Assembly: GCA_021157415.1 (NCBI GenBank)
Contig: JAGGWN010000123.1
Span: 1,226-65,225 of the forward strand
DNA: 64,000 nucleotides
Direction of reading: 5' to 3'
DNA from: Bacteroidales bacterium
GTDB taxonomy: Bacteria; Bacteroidota; Bacteroidia; Bacteroidales; VadinHA17
Positions 49,376-59,085 of this stretch are shown in pieces (positions within the stretch are counted from its first letter, which is position 1; every line of letters starts with the position of its first letter). The position numbers were made by a program, and so were the translations under genes. A model generated the notes under the pieces. That model saw nothing but the letters and a program-made list of their open reading frames with translations, had not been told where the DNA came from and did not search any database.

Positions 49376-50469
49376 ATAGTCTTTCCGCCCGCAAAGCAAA
49401 ACTGATTTTGGAAGACGGTACCGTTATGGAAGGAAAATCCTTTGGTTATGAAAAATCCGTCTCCGGAGAAATCGTATTTAACACGGCCATGACCGGATAT
49501 CCCGAAAGCCTCACCGATCCTTCCTATAAAGGCCAGATCCTGGTACTTACCTATCCGCTGATCGGTAACTACGGAGCCCCTCAGGAAGAGATGGAAAACG
49601 ACCTGCTGAAATTTCATGAATCCAACCGCATTCACATCCAGGCATTGGTCGTATCGGATTATTCTTTTCAATATAGCCACTGGAATGCGCGTGATAGTTT
49701 GGCCCAATGGCTGAAAGACAACAAAGTGCCGGGGATCTTCGGCATAGATACCCGCGCTTTGACAAAAAAACTACGCGAGAAAGGCACCATGCTGGGGAAG
49801 ATCGTTTTTGATCATGATGATGTAGATTTCTATGACCCTTCCCGGGAAAACCTGGTGGCTCAGGTAAGCTGTACGAAAAAACATGTATACGGCAACGGAA
49901 AATACAAAATACTTCTGTTGGACTGCGGAGTAAAATATAATATCATCCGTTACCTGCTGCAAAGGGATACTACGGTCATCCGTGTGCCGTGGAACCATCC
50001 CATCCGCACGGAAGAATATGACGGACTATTCCTCTCGAATGGTCCGGGTGATCCGAAATTGTGCACCGACACCATTAAGAACCTCACCGAAGTCATCAGA
50101 CAGGATATCCCTGTCTTCGGGATATGTCTGGGCAATCAGCTTCTCTCCCTTGCGGCCGGCGCCGACACCTATAAACTGAAATACGGCCACCGCAGTCACA
50201 ACCAGCCGGTGCTGGAGGTAGGTACGGACAAAGCTTATATCACCGCTCAAAATCATGGCTATGCGGTGGATAATGACACCCTGCCGGAAGAATGGGAGCC
50301 GTTGTTCATAAACATCAACGACAGCACCAATGAGGGCATGAGACACAAAACCAAACCTTTCTTTTCCACCCAGTTCCATCCGGAAGCCTCCGGTGGACCC
50401 ACCGATACAGCTTACCTGTTCGATGTGTTTGTGGACACCGTTGCTCAATATAAAGGTATCTCTCAATAA
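49372..50469 (+). CDS. carA: Carbamoyl-phosphate synthase small subunit
   Basis: FNTAMTGY.E.LTDPSY, SNGPGDP, GICLG.Q, QFHPE. Confidence 0.96.
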   Translation: MNSLSARKAKLILEDGTVMEGKSFGYEKSVSGEIVFNTAMTGYPESLTDPSYKGQILVLTYPLIGNYGAPQEEMENDLLKFHESNRIHIQALVVSDYSFQYSHWNARDSLAQWLKDNKVPGIFGIDTRALTKKLREKGTMLGKIVFDHDDVDFYDPSRENLVAQVSCTKKHVYGNGKYKILLLDCGVKYNIIRYLLQRDTTVIRVPWNHPIRTEEYDGLFLSNGPGDPKLCTDTIKNLTEVIRQDIPVFGICLGNQLLSLAAGADTYKLKYGHRSHNQPVLEVGTDKAYITAQNHGYAVDNDTLPEEWEPLFININDSTNEGMRHKTKPFFSTQFHPEASGGPTDTAYLFDVFVDTVAQYKGISQ

Positions 50470-50508
50470 GTATCCCTATAATATGTTGGCATTCTTTTAT
50501 TTATAAAG

Positions 50509-50534
50509 AATCTACGTAGGTCCCTACGTAGATT
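50509..50534. repeat. Palindrome AATCTACGTAGG-TC-CCTACGTAGATT
   Basis: 12-bp arms; same 20-bp core and spacing as 2160-2181. Confidence 0.8.
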
Positions 50535-50633
50535 TTGAAAATCTCTCCTCCACCCCGGAGCCCACCACAAAAAATCAAAAGCGGGTATCTTTTTCTTTTT
50601 ACTTTTGTCTTTTCATTAAACTTTACATTGCCA

Positions 50634-51224
50634 ATGTCTAAAATACCCTGGAAACCCGGCAACATGCTTTATCCCCTCCCGGCAGTGATGGTCAGTTGCG
50701 GAACCCGGCCGGAAGACTACAACATTATCACTCTTTCCTGGACCGGCACAATCAATTCGGAACCTCCCATGGTCTCTATTTCGGTACGGAAAGAACGGCA
50801 CTCCCATCATATTATCAAAGACACAGGGGAATTTGTCATCAATCTCACAACCAGAGATATAGCCCGTGCCACCGACTGGTGCGGGGTAAGATCGGGACGG
50901 GACTATGATAAATTCAAGGAAACCGGCCTGACGCCCGACTTTTCCGGTACCCTGAATACCCCGCTGATCAAGGAATCTCCTGTAAATATTGAATGCCGGA
51001 CAATCAAAATCATTGAGCTGGGCAGTCATGATATGTTCCTGGCCAGCGTACTAGCCATACACGTAGAAGAACAATATCTGGACAAAAAAACCGGAGTCTT
51101 TGACCTGCGTCAGACCGACCCTATCGCTTATCTTCACGGCAGTTACTATGTCCTCGGGGAAAAACTTGGGCGCTTCGGATTCTCAGTCAGAAAAAAAAGA
51201 AAAAAGAAAAAAACCGATCTTTAA
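50634..51224 (+). CDS. Flavin reductase family protein (flavoredoxin-like)
   Basis: YPLPAVMVSCG, CG.RSGR..DKF, ECR, GSHDMF; start set at MSKIPW. Confidence 0.88.
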   Translation: MSKIPWKPGNMLYPLPAVMVSCGTRPEDYNIITLSWTGTINSEPPMVSISVRKERHSHHIIKDTGEFVINLTTRDIARATDWCGVRSGRDYDKFKETGLTPDFSGTLNTPLIKESPVNIECRTIKIIELGSHDMFLASVLAIHVEEQYLDKKTGVFDLRQTDPIAYLHGSYYVLGEKLGRFGFSVRKKRKKKKTDL

Positions 51225-51367
51225 TAAATTTTAAGATGTAAAAAGAACAATCCGCAGGAAGCAGGCCGGCTGAAAAACAAAATATTATCATTAAATTTGC
51301 CGAACTTTTACCGCGAACCATTCTGATTCTCCATAAACAGAATCCTCCACGGTACAGAGATGATAAA

Positions 51368-52570
51368 ATGGCAAATAATAAATTAAAATACGGAAAAATG
51401 AAAATGATCAGTAAATTATGGATCTTAGCCCTTACAGGAGTAATGCTTGTATCCTGCAGTAATAAAAAAGAATTCCGGATAGAAGGATCCTTACAGAACG
51501 GAGCTGGAAAAAAAGTCCAGGTAAGGACTTTATTTATGAATAAATGGGCACCGGCAGATTCGGCCGAGGTTGACAAAAAAGATCATTTTGTATTGTCCTC
51601 CGAATTGGAACAACCCACTTTTGCCTTACTACAGACGTTGCAAAACCACTTCATCACCCTGATTGTAAAACCCGGAGACAGAATTACCGTAAACGCCGAT
51701 TATGAAAATATTGAAAATGAACATAGCATCAAAGGATCCGAAGACACACAGTTATTTGAAGATTTTCTGACCCATCTGCGGGAGAACGCAAAAAAACTTA
51801 ACAAACTTAAACGCATTTACAGGGATAGCGTGAAGAGCCCGCGTTTCAACGACATTCTGGCGGATCTGAACAGCCGCTCCGGAGAGATCCTGAAAGACCA
51901 GAAAGAGTATGCCAAAAAATTTGTGGAAGAGCATTTGAATTCTCTGGCAAGTATGTTGGTTCTTTACCAACAAATCTCTCCCGGTCGTTATATTTTAGAT
52001 CCCGTAGAAGATTTTCACTATTATGTGATGGTGGATTCGGCCCTGAATGCCGAATATCCTAAAGCTGATCCTGTTATTGCCTTCCATGCCCAGATGACCG
52101 GGTTAAGGGAACGGCGTCAGGAACAGGATATGGTAAACCGCATGCTGGGCATCGGGAAAGTCCCGCCCGACATTGTCTTACCTACACCCGACGGAGACAC
52201 CTTACAGCTTTCTTCACTGCGCGGAAGAGTCGTCCTGTTGGATTTCTGGGCCTCGTGGTGCGGACCCTGTCGCCGGGAAAACCCCAATCTCGTAAACGAC
52301 TACAACCGTTTTCACCGGAAAGGATTTGACATCTTCCAGGTCTCACTCGATCGCACCAAAGAAGCCTGGCTCAACGGCATTAAACAGGATCATCTTGAAC
52401 AATGGCATCATGTCAGCGATCTGGGATACTGGCAGTCTTCGGTGGTAAAATTGTATCATATTCAAGGCATCCCGACAAACTACCTGCTGGATAAGAATGG
52501 GAAAATTATTGCAAAAAATCTGCGTGGCCAGGCCCTCTCTCAAAAACTGGAAGAGATTTTAAGAAAATAA
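51368..52570 (+). CDS. TlpA-family thiol:disulfide oxidoreductase lipoprotein (DUF4369 + AhpC/TSA)
   Basis: Lipobox LVSC, DFWASWCGPCR, GIP. Confidence 0.88.
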   Translation: MANNKLKYGKMKMISKLWILALTGVMLVSCSNKKEFRIEGSLQNGAGKKVQVRTLFMNKWAPADSAEVDKKDHFVLSSELEQPTFALLQTLQNHFITLIVKPGDRITVNADYENIENEHSIKGSEDTQLFEDFLTHLRENAKKLNKLKRIYRDSVKSPRFNDILADLNSRSGEILKDQKEYAKKFVEEHLNSLASMLVLYQQISPGRYILDPVEDFHYYVMVDSALNAEYPKADPVIAFHAQMTGLRERRQEQDMVNRMLGIGKVPPDIVLPTPDGDTLQLSSLRGRVVLLDFWASWCGPCRRENPNLVNDYNRFHRKGFDIFQVSLDRTKEAWLNGIKQDHLEQWHHVSDLGYWQSSVVKLYHIQGIPTNYLLDKNGKIIAKNLRGQALSQKLEEILRK

Positions 52571-52584
52571 TGTAATCGCCAACC

Positions 52585-53778
52585 ATGAAAAACTCCGAGT
52601 ATTTCCTGAGAAAAGTCCTGAAGAAAATCCTGGTTTTACTGGTGATCCCTCTTCTTTTTATGTCTTGTCACCGTAATGAGGTGGTTATAAAAGGTACCTT
52701 GCATGGCACCGGAAAGAAAATGGTTTACCTCGATGAGATGGATATTGACATTACAAAGCCTCTGGACTCGACACTCACTGACCGGACCGGAAAATTCCGG
52801 TTCAGCCTTTCCCTGACGGAGCCCTCTTTTCTGTTACTCAAGCGTTCCGACCAGAATTTTATCACCCTGTTGGCCAATCCGGGCGAAAGGATTCATGTCG
52901 AAGCCGATTCCCTGTTGCTTCAGGCAGGATATCATGTCACAGGCTCGGAAGGATCGCTGCTGATAAAACAACTGGATGATCATCTCAGGATTACCGTGCA
53001 AAAAATGGATTCTATCGTTCAAGCCTACCGGCAAGCGATGAACAAGCCGGGTTTTGACACCTTGAAACCCAAGCTTGATAAGGCTTACGGAGAGCTCCTT
53101 GCTCAACAGCGTAAATACAACATTGCTTTTATCCTAAATCATATGCACTCACTGGCTTCCATAAAAGCACTGTATCAGAAAATCGATGACAACACCTACG
53201 TTTTGAACAATATCAGGGATATTCAGTATTTAAAGATCGTGGCAGATTCGCTGAAAGTTTATTATCCCGATTCGAAAATGACCAAAGCTCTGCTGTCGGA
53301 CCTGCAGAAAGAATTGGCGAAGTACAGTCAGTTGCAGCTTACCAGTATGTTAAAAAATGCCAAAACCATCAATCTGGATTTGGCTCTCCCTGATATCCAC
53401 GGGGATACGGTACGCCTTTCCGCCGTGAGAAAAAAAGGATATTACGTATTGCTGACTTTCTGGGCCAGCTGGTGTCAGGAATGCATCACCGAAAATCTGA
53501 AACTGAAAAGTCTTTATAATAAATATCATAAAAAAGGGCTCGAGATCTATGCCGTTTCTCTTGACAACAACAGGGATGCCTGGATTAAACAGGTTCATTT
53601 TGACGAGTTGCCCTGGATCAATGTATCCGACCAGAGCTATCCCAACTCACAGGCAGCACAAAAATTCAATGTAAAAAACCCTCCTGCAAATTATCTTTTT
53701 GATCCTGACGGGAATGTTATTGCCAAAGATCTGCATGGCCGTAATCTGCAAATCAAGTTTAATCAGTTATTCGACTAA
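52585..53778 (+). CDS. TlpA-family lipoprotein paralog
   Basis: Lipobox FMSC, FWASWCQEC; same architecture as the upstream gene. Confidence 0.82.
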   Translation: MKNSEYFLRKVLKKILVLLVIPLLFMSCHRNEVVIKGTLHGTGKKMVYLDEMDIDITKPLDSTLTDRTGKFRFSLSLTEPSFLLLKRSDQNFITLLANPGERIHVEADSLLLQAGYHVTGSEGSLLIKQLDDHLRITVQKMDSIVQAYRQAMNKPGFDTLKPKLDKAYGELLAQQRKYNIAFILNHMHSLASIKALYQKIDDNTYVLNNIRDIQYLKIVADSLKVYYPDSKMTKALLSDLQKELAKYSQLQLTSMLKNAKTINLDLALPDIHGDTVRLSAVRKKGYYVLLTFWASWCQECITENLKLKSLYNKYHKKGLEIYAVSLDNNRDAWIKQVHFDELPWINVSDQSYPNSQAAQKFNVKNPPANYLFDPDGNVIAKDLHGRNLQIKFNQLFD

Positions 53779-53789
53779 AAATATTCGAT

Positions 53790-54542
53790 TTGAAATCAGG
53801 CCGGAAAGTATATTTTTTTTCTGATTTGCACCTGGGACTGCCGACAGATATTCCGGCAGTAGAGCGGGAGAAAATCGTCGTCCGCTGGCTCGAGGAAATC
53901 AGCGATACGGTGGCTGAACTTTTTGTAGTAGGGGATATTTTCGATTACTGGTTTGAATACAAATATGTCATCCCCAAAGGATTCACCCGTTTTCTGGGTA
54001 AAATGGCCGAGTTTACCGACCGTGGCATCCCGGTCCATTTTTTCACCGGCAATCATGATGTCTGGATGTTTGACTATTTCCCGGAAGAATTGGGAATAAC
54101 CGTACATACCAAACCTTTCATCTATGAACATGCGGGGAAACGTTTTTATATTGCGCACGGGGACGGTTTGGGCCCCGGAGATTTGGGATATAAATTCCTG
54201 AAGGGAATCTTCAACAACAAAGTACTGCAATGGATGTACAAACGCCTGCATCCCAATTTTGCCACCTGGTTGGCTCACCGCTGGTCACAAGCCGACCGGG
54301 GTGATGAACCTTCCGAATTTATGGGAGAAGAAAAAGAAGCTTTGTTCCGGCATTCCAAAAAAATCCTGACCAACGAATCTATTGATTATTTCATTTACGG
54401 CCACCGGCACCTGGTACTGGATCATCCGCTCGGCAATACCTCGCGGATCATCTATCTGGGCGACTGGATCACCCTGTTTTCCTATGCTATTTTTGACGGA
54501 AATGACCTGAAATTAAAATATTATAAACCTCGGGATGGGTAA
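53790..54542 (+). CDS. lpxH: UDP-2,3-diacylglucosamine hydrolase (LpxH-like)
   Basis: SDLHLG, GDIFD, GNHD, HGDG, GHRH, LGDW. Confidence 0.82.
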   Translation: MKSGRKVYFFSDLHLGLPTDIPAVEREKIVVRWLEEISDTVAELFVVGDIFDYWFEYKYVIPKGFTRFLGKMAEFTDRGIPVHFFTGNHDVWMFDYFPEELGITVHTKPFIYEHAGKRFYIAHGDGLGPGDLGYKFLKGIFNNKVLQWMYKRLHPNFATWLAHRWSQADRGDEPSEFMGEEKEALFRHSKKILTNESIDYFIYGHRHLVLDHPLGNTSRIIYLGDWITLFSYAIFDGNDLKLKYYKPRDG

Positions 54543-54640
54543 ATATGCCGGAGAAGGAAGGTTTTTCTGCGCAGTTACAGACAATACGGGGGACGCTGTC
54601 ACACTGACAAAGTCTTTGTCAAAACACGCCTCCGGAATAA

Positions 54641-54847
54641 ACCCGGTTTGTGCGATAGAGATGTCGAAAAAATCTTCTATTGCGCACAGGCCATAGGCCG
54701 TACCGGGTTAATCCTTTGCTCCGCTGAAGCTACGCAAAAGCGATGCCGACTTAGGAATTCACTGTTTTGGTGAAAAGCCAAGACACATGCAATCCTTTGT
54801 CGTTCCGCAATAGAAAGCATTTTGGGATTTCTGTTGCGGATTTGGGA
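54641..54847. mobile_element. MITE-like element, copy 3 (207 bp)
   Basis: Termini ACCCGGTTTGTGCGATAGA / TCTGTTGCGGATTTGGGA; TAA on both flanks; homologous to 20481-20629. Confidence 0.8.
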
Positions 54848-54878
54848 TAAATAGTACAACGCAGAACCATCGCATGGC

Positions 54879-54911
54879 AAAAAAAAGGCTCCTTTCGGGA
54901 GCCTTTTTTTT
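54879..54911. terminator. Bidirectional Rho-independent terminator
   Basis: A8-GGCTCC-TTTCG-GGAGCC-T8 between convergent lpxH and hppA. Confidence 0.9.
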
Positions 54912-54932
54912 AACCGGGTAATTCTTGCAGGT

Positions 54933-57356
54933 CTATTCTTTTTCCTTTTTGATACGCATTCCGTAAAATGATCTGTAGGCAAAGATCAGGCCGAAGACCA
55001 GCATCAAAGCCCCGATCACTACGGTCCAGTCAAATGTGCCGCTACTATGGGCATTCATCCGCATGTGAACAGCGATTTCCACAGCCAGCAGACCAAACAA
55101 AGTAGAAAATTTAATAATCGGATTCATGGCTACGGAGGATGTGTCTTTGTAAGGATCTCCTACGGTATCTCCAATCACAGTAGATTCATGCAGGGGCGTT
55201 CCCTTTTCCCGGAGATCTACCTCAACAATCTTCTTGGCATTGTCCCAGGCTCCTCCCGCATTGGCCATATAAATGGCCTGAAAGAGACCGAAAACAGCCA
55301 GAGAGATCAGATAGGAAACAAAATAATTGGGATCAAAGAAAGCAAAAGCCAGTGTCAATGAAAAAATTACCGCAAAGATATTCCACATTCCGTTCTGTGC
55401 ATATTTGGTGCAGATCTTTACAACGGATTTCGAATCCTCTATGCTGGATTCCTGGAGATCCAGATTAATGCTCTTTTTGATAAAAGCCGTGGCACGGTAA
55501 GCTCCTGTGGTAACAGCCTGCAGCGAAGCACCCGTAAACCAATAGATCACCAACCCCCCGGTAATAAACCCGAGGATAACCTGTGGATCCAACAATTCAA
55601 GCTGCATAAGACCCCGTTTTTTCAACAATAGAATGATCGCAAAGATCATAGTGGTAGCTCCGATCACAGCCGTACCGATCAAAACGGGCTTGGCCGTTGC
55701 CTTGAATGTGTTCCCGGCCGAGTCGTTGGATTCGAGATAGTATTTTCCTTTCTCAAAATCAGGTTTGAAACCGAAATCTTCCTCAATTTCCTGTTCAATA
55801 TTATCCAGTTTTTCTATCCGGGAAAGTTCGAATACCGACTGGGCATTATCTGTCACCGGTCCGAAACTGTCAACGGCAATCGTCACAGGACCCATCCCCA
55901 GAAAACCGAAAGCCACCAGACCAAAAGCAAATACCGTGGGATATATCATAATCCCGTCCAGTCCGAGGGTACTGATAAAATAAGCCAACGCCATCAGGAT
56001 CACGATGGTAATTCCTTCCCAGAAGGCTGAGAAATTTCCGGCGACGAGTCCGGAAAGAATGGTCAGGGAGGCTCCTCCTTCACGTGAAGCGGTAACGATC
56101 TCTTTCACATGGCGCGAGTTGGTAGAAGTAAAGGCTTTGGTCAGTTCCGGAATCAGGGCAGCAGCCAATGTCCCTACACTAATGATCGTGGAAAGTTTCC
56201 ACCACATTCCCGTCAGGACCAGTCCGTTGGCAAGCCGTATATCGCCCCCGAGCAGGAAATAACTTACCAGATAAGTACTGAGAATGGAGATAAAGGAAGT
56301 GATCCAGATCAGGGTAGTAAGCGGTGCTTCAAAGTTATAATCCTCTGCTTTCCCATACTTGGCTTTTCCGGCCATATCGTTGATCCAATAGGATAGAAGA
56401 GAGGTAATCACCATCATGATACGCATAACGAAAATCCATACGATCAGGGTAGCCTGAAAATCCGTGCCTACGACAGCCAGTACGATAAAGGAGATCAGGG
56501 CTACGCCGGTAACGCCATAGGTCTCAAAACCGTCGGCGGTAGGACCTACACTGTCACCGGCGTTATCACCGGTACAATCAGCGATCACTCCCGGGTTTCT
56601 CGGGTCATCTTCCGGCAGATTAAATACGATTTTCATCAGGTCGGCTCCGATATCGGCGATCTTGGTAAAGATTCCTCCCGCCACACGCAGGACACTGGCC
56701 CCCAGCGACTCACCGATTGCAAAACCTATAAAACAGGCTCCCGCACTGTCACGAGGGACAAACAGAAGTATAAAGATCATCATAAACAACTCGACTGTCA
56801 CCAGTAAAACCCCCACGCTCATCCCCGACCGCAACGGTATGGAAGTAACTTCCCAGGGATGTTTTTTCAAAGAAGCAAATGATGTGCGGCTGTTGGCCAG
56901 GGTATTTATCCGGATGCCATACCAGGCAACTCCGTAGGAACCTAAAATACCTATGACGGTCCATAAAATGACCATAAGAACCTTTGGAATAGGCATATGG
57001 CTCAAACCGAAGAAATAATAAAATATAGCTAAGGCTATGATCCCAAACAAAATCAACAGAAACTTACCTTGTTGCAACAAATAGGTCTTGCATGTTTCAT
57101 AGATAATGCCAGATACATGCAACATGGCCTTGTGAGCCGGGATCTTTTTGATCTTGGCATAGGTCCATATCCCGAAGACCCATCCGAAAATCACAAAGAT
57201 CAGCCCGTAAAACAACAGGCTCCATCCGTCAACTCCCCCAAGTTTGGGGAATATACTCTCCCGCATGTTCGGAACATTCAGATCAGCCTCACTTGCCATT
57301 GATAAAAATGGGAAAAATAAAAAGAAAAGCAGGCCTGAGAAAACTTTCTTTTTCAT
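54933..57356 (-). CDS. hppA: Membrane-bound ion-translocating pyrophosphatase, K+-independent signature
   Basis: GGIFTKIADIGADL, EDDPRNPGVIADCTGDNAGD, GPVTDNA, GNTFKA, GDTVGDPYKDTS; TATATTTG box at 57413-57420 (minus). Confidence 0.93.
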   Translation of the reverse strand: MKKKVFSGLLFFLFFPFLSMASEADLNVPNMRESIFPKLGGVDGWSLLFYGLIFVIFGWVFGIWTYAKIKKIPAHKAMLHVSGIIYETCKTYLLQQGKFLLILFGIIALAIFYYFFGLSHMPIPKVLMVILWTVIGILGSYGVAWYGIRINTLANSRTSFASLKKHPWEVTSIPLRSGMSVGVLLVTVELFMMIFILLFVPRDSAGACFIGFAIGESLGASVLRVAGGIFTKIADIGADLMKIVFNLPEDDPRNPGVIADCTGDNAGDSVGPTADGFETYGVTGVALISFIVLAVVGTDFQATLIVWIFVMRIMMVITSLLSYWINDMAGKAKYGKAEDYNFEAPLTTLIWITSFISILSTYLVSYFLLGGDIRLANGLVLTGMWWKLSTIISVGTLAAALIPELTKAFTSTNSRHVKEIVTASREGGASLTILSGLVAGNFSAFWEGITIVILMALAYFISTLGLDGIMIYPTVFAFGLVAFGFLGMGPVTIAVDSFGPVTDNAQSVFELSRIEKLDNIEQEIEEDFGFKPDFEKGKYYLESNDSAGNTFKATAKPVLIGTAVIGATTMIFAIILLLKKRGLMQLELLDPQVILGFITGGLVIYWFTGASLQAVTTGAYRATAFIKKSINLDLQESSIEDSKSVVKICTKYAQNGMWNIFAVIFSLTLAFAFFDPNYFVSYLISLAVFGLFQAIYMANAGGAWDNAKKIVEVDLREKGTPLHESTVIGDTVGDPYKDTSSVAMNPIIKFSTLFGLLAVEIAVHMRMNAHSSGTFDWTVVIGALMLVFGLIFAYRSFYGMRIKKEKE

Positions 57357-57594
57357 AATGATAAAATTTTAATTGTTCATAACATAAAATTTCTGGTTCA
57401 AAATTATTCCCACAAATATAAATTTTCTGAGATACGAAACACCTTATATGTCTCATGAATTTAAAAAAAATTCTTTCTTACAGAATCAGAGAGCGAAAAT
57501 ATTTATCATTATTGGTATAAAAAATATGATTGTTTCTTAATTTTCGTTAACTTAATCGCATGATAACCGAAAATAAAAATCAAACAGAACAGAC

Positions 57595-58887
57595 ATGAAA
57601 AAACATATAATAATCCGCTCAATACTCCTTCTCAGTCTGTTATTCATTTTACAGCAGGCAATGTCATTCGGAAGAATCATTTCTTTTTCTGAACAGGAGG
57701 ACACAACCTCCTTTATTAAACTGGAGGGGAAGGTTGTGAATGCAGAAAACGAGAACCCCGTAATTTTTGCTTCCGTCTTTATTGAAGGCACCCATATAGG
57801 AACGATAACAAATACAGAAGGACGTTTTATTTTAAAAGTTCCGTCCACCTATTTTGATCACAAAATAGGTTTCAGCAGTCTGGGTTACAAACAGAAATTC
57901 ATGGCGGTATCTTCCATGAAAGACATAAGCAGAACCATACGTTTGCAACCGGATGTTATTCCTATTCCTGCCGTGATTGTACGCAAGCTGGATCCGGTAA
58001 GCCTGATTAAAGAAGCTGAAAAAAGAATATCCGAAAATTATGGCAAACATCCGGCCATGATGACGGCTTTTTATCGTGAAACGATAAGAAAAGGCACATC
58101 CAAATATCTTTCGGTAGGGGAAGCGGTACTGAATGTTTATAAAGCTCCTTACAGTAACAACCTGGATATGGACAGGGTGTCGGTTTATAAAGGCAGAAAA
58201 GCCATTTACGTTAAACGGGAAGATACACTGATGGTGAAGTTACAGGGAGGCCCTGTCACAGCCTTCTATCTGGATCTTGCAAAAAATCCGGGAGATATAC
58301 TCTCCCAAGACGTATTTGATTATTACGATTATTCCATGGGAGGCCAGGTTAAAATTGACGGCCGAACAACCTATGTAATCCATTTCGATCAGAAAGATAC
58401 CGTATCCATTCCGTTGTATCGCGGCACGCTGTATCTTGACACCGGCTCCCTGGCAATCGTACAGGCCGAATATGAGATCAGTCCCAAAAAAATTGACCAG
58501 GCTGCCAGGTATCTCATTTTGAAAAAACCCGCCCGCCTGCATGTGGATGTATTAAGTGCAGCTTACCTGGTAAAATACCGCCACCTGGACGGAAAGTGGG
58601 TCTTGAACTACATGCGCCTGGAAAATCATTTTCGAACCAAATGGACCAAAAAGTTGTTCCGTTCAAACTATACCATTCTCTCCGAGGCCGCAGTCACGGA
58701 TATTGATTATGAAAACGTAAAAAAACCAAAATACCGGGAAAGCTTCAAGTGGAATAAAATCTTCACCGAGGAAGTAAGTGCTTTTGAAGATCCTGATTTC
58801 TGGGGCCCTAACAACGTTATTCAGCCTGAAGAATCCATACAGGCAGCGATTCAAAAAATCAGCCGCAAACTCAAAAAACATGAATAG
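57595..58887 (+). CDS. Exported CarboxypepD_reg-like domain protein
   Basis: Signal peptide; GKVV......PVIFASV...GT.IGTITN.EG.F...SSLGY; FYRE; C-terminal DPDFWG..NVI.P. Confidence 0.75.
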   Translation: MKKHIIIRSILLLSLLFILQQAMSFGRIISFSEQEDTTSFIKLEGKVVNAENENPVIFASVFIEGTHIGTITNTEGRFILKVPSTYFDHKIGFSSLGYKQKFMAVSSMKDISRTIRLQPDVIPIPAVIVRKLDPVSLIKEAEKRISENYGKHPAMMTAFYRETIRKGTSKYLSVGEAVLNVYKAPYSNNLDMDRVSVYKGRKAIYVKREDTLMVKLQGGPVTAFYLDLAKNPGDILSQDVFDYYDYSMGGQVKIDGRTTYVIHFDQKDTVSIPLYRGTLYLDTGSLAIVQAEYEISPKKIDQAARYLILKKPARLHVDVLSAAYLVKYRHLDGKWVLNYMRLENHFRTKWTKKLFRSNYTILSEAAVTDIDYENVKKPKYRESFKWNKIFTEEVSAFEDPDFWGPNNVIQPEESIQAAIQKISRKLKKHE

Positions 58888-58964
58888 AAAACAATCGCAT
58901 AAGCATAAAATTTGTGCCTTTGCGATTTCTGTCTATTTATACATTTAATGCATATTTTCTCATC

Positions 58965-59062
58965 TTACCCCCCTTTTCAACAGGGGTAATCACGATTTAT
59001 TTAATGTTTTTTTCGTTTTACCCCTAATTTTTTATAGGGTAATTAATATTTATATACATTTG
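58965..59062 (+). promoter_or_regulatory. glnA promoter with two 25-bp palindromic boxes
   Basis: TTACCCC-N11-RGGGTAA at 58965-58989 and 59018-59042; TACATTTG -7 box at 59055-59062. Confidence 0.65.
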
Positions 59063-59085
59063 CTCCAAATTTTAAATATTATATC

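Noticed and set aside
54677-54982. 101-aa ORF, and ORFs 8682-8918 and 8884-9066
   Set aside because: They run through MITE and terminator sequence and have no protein features
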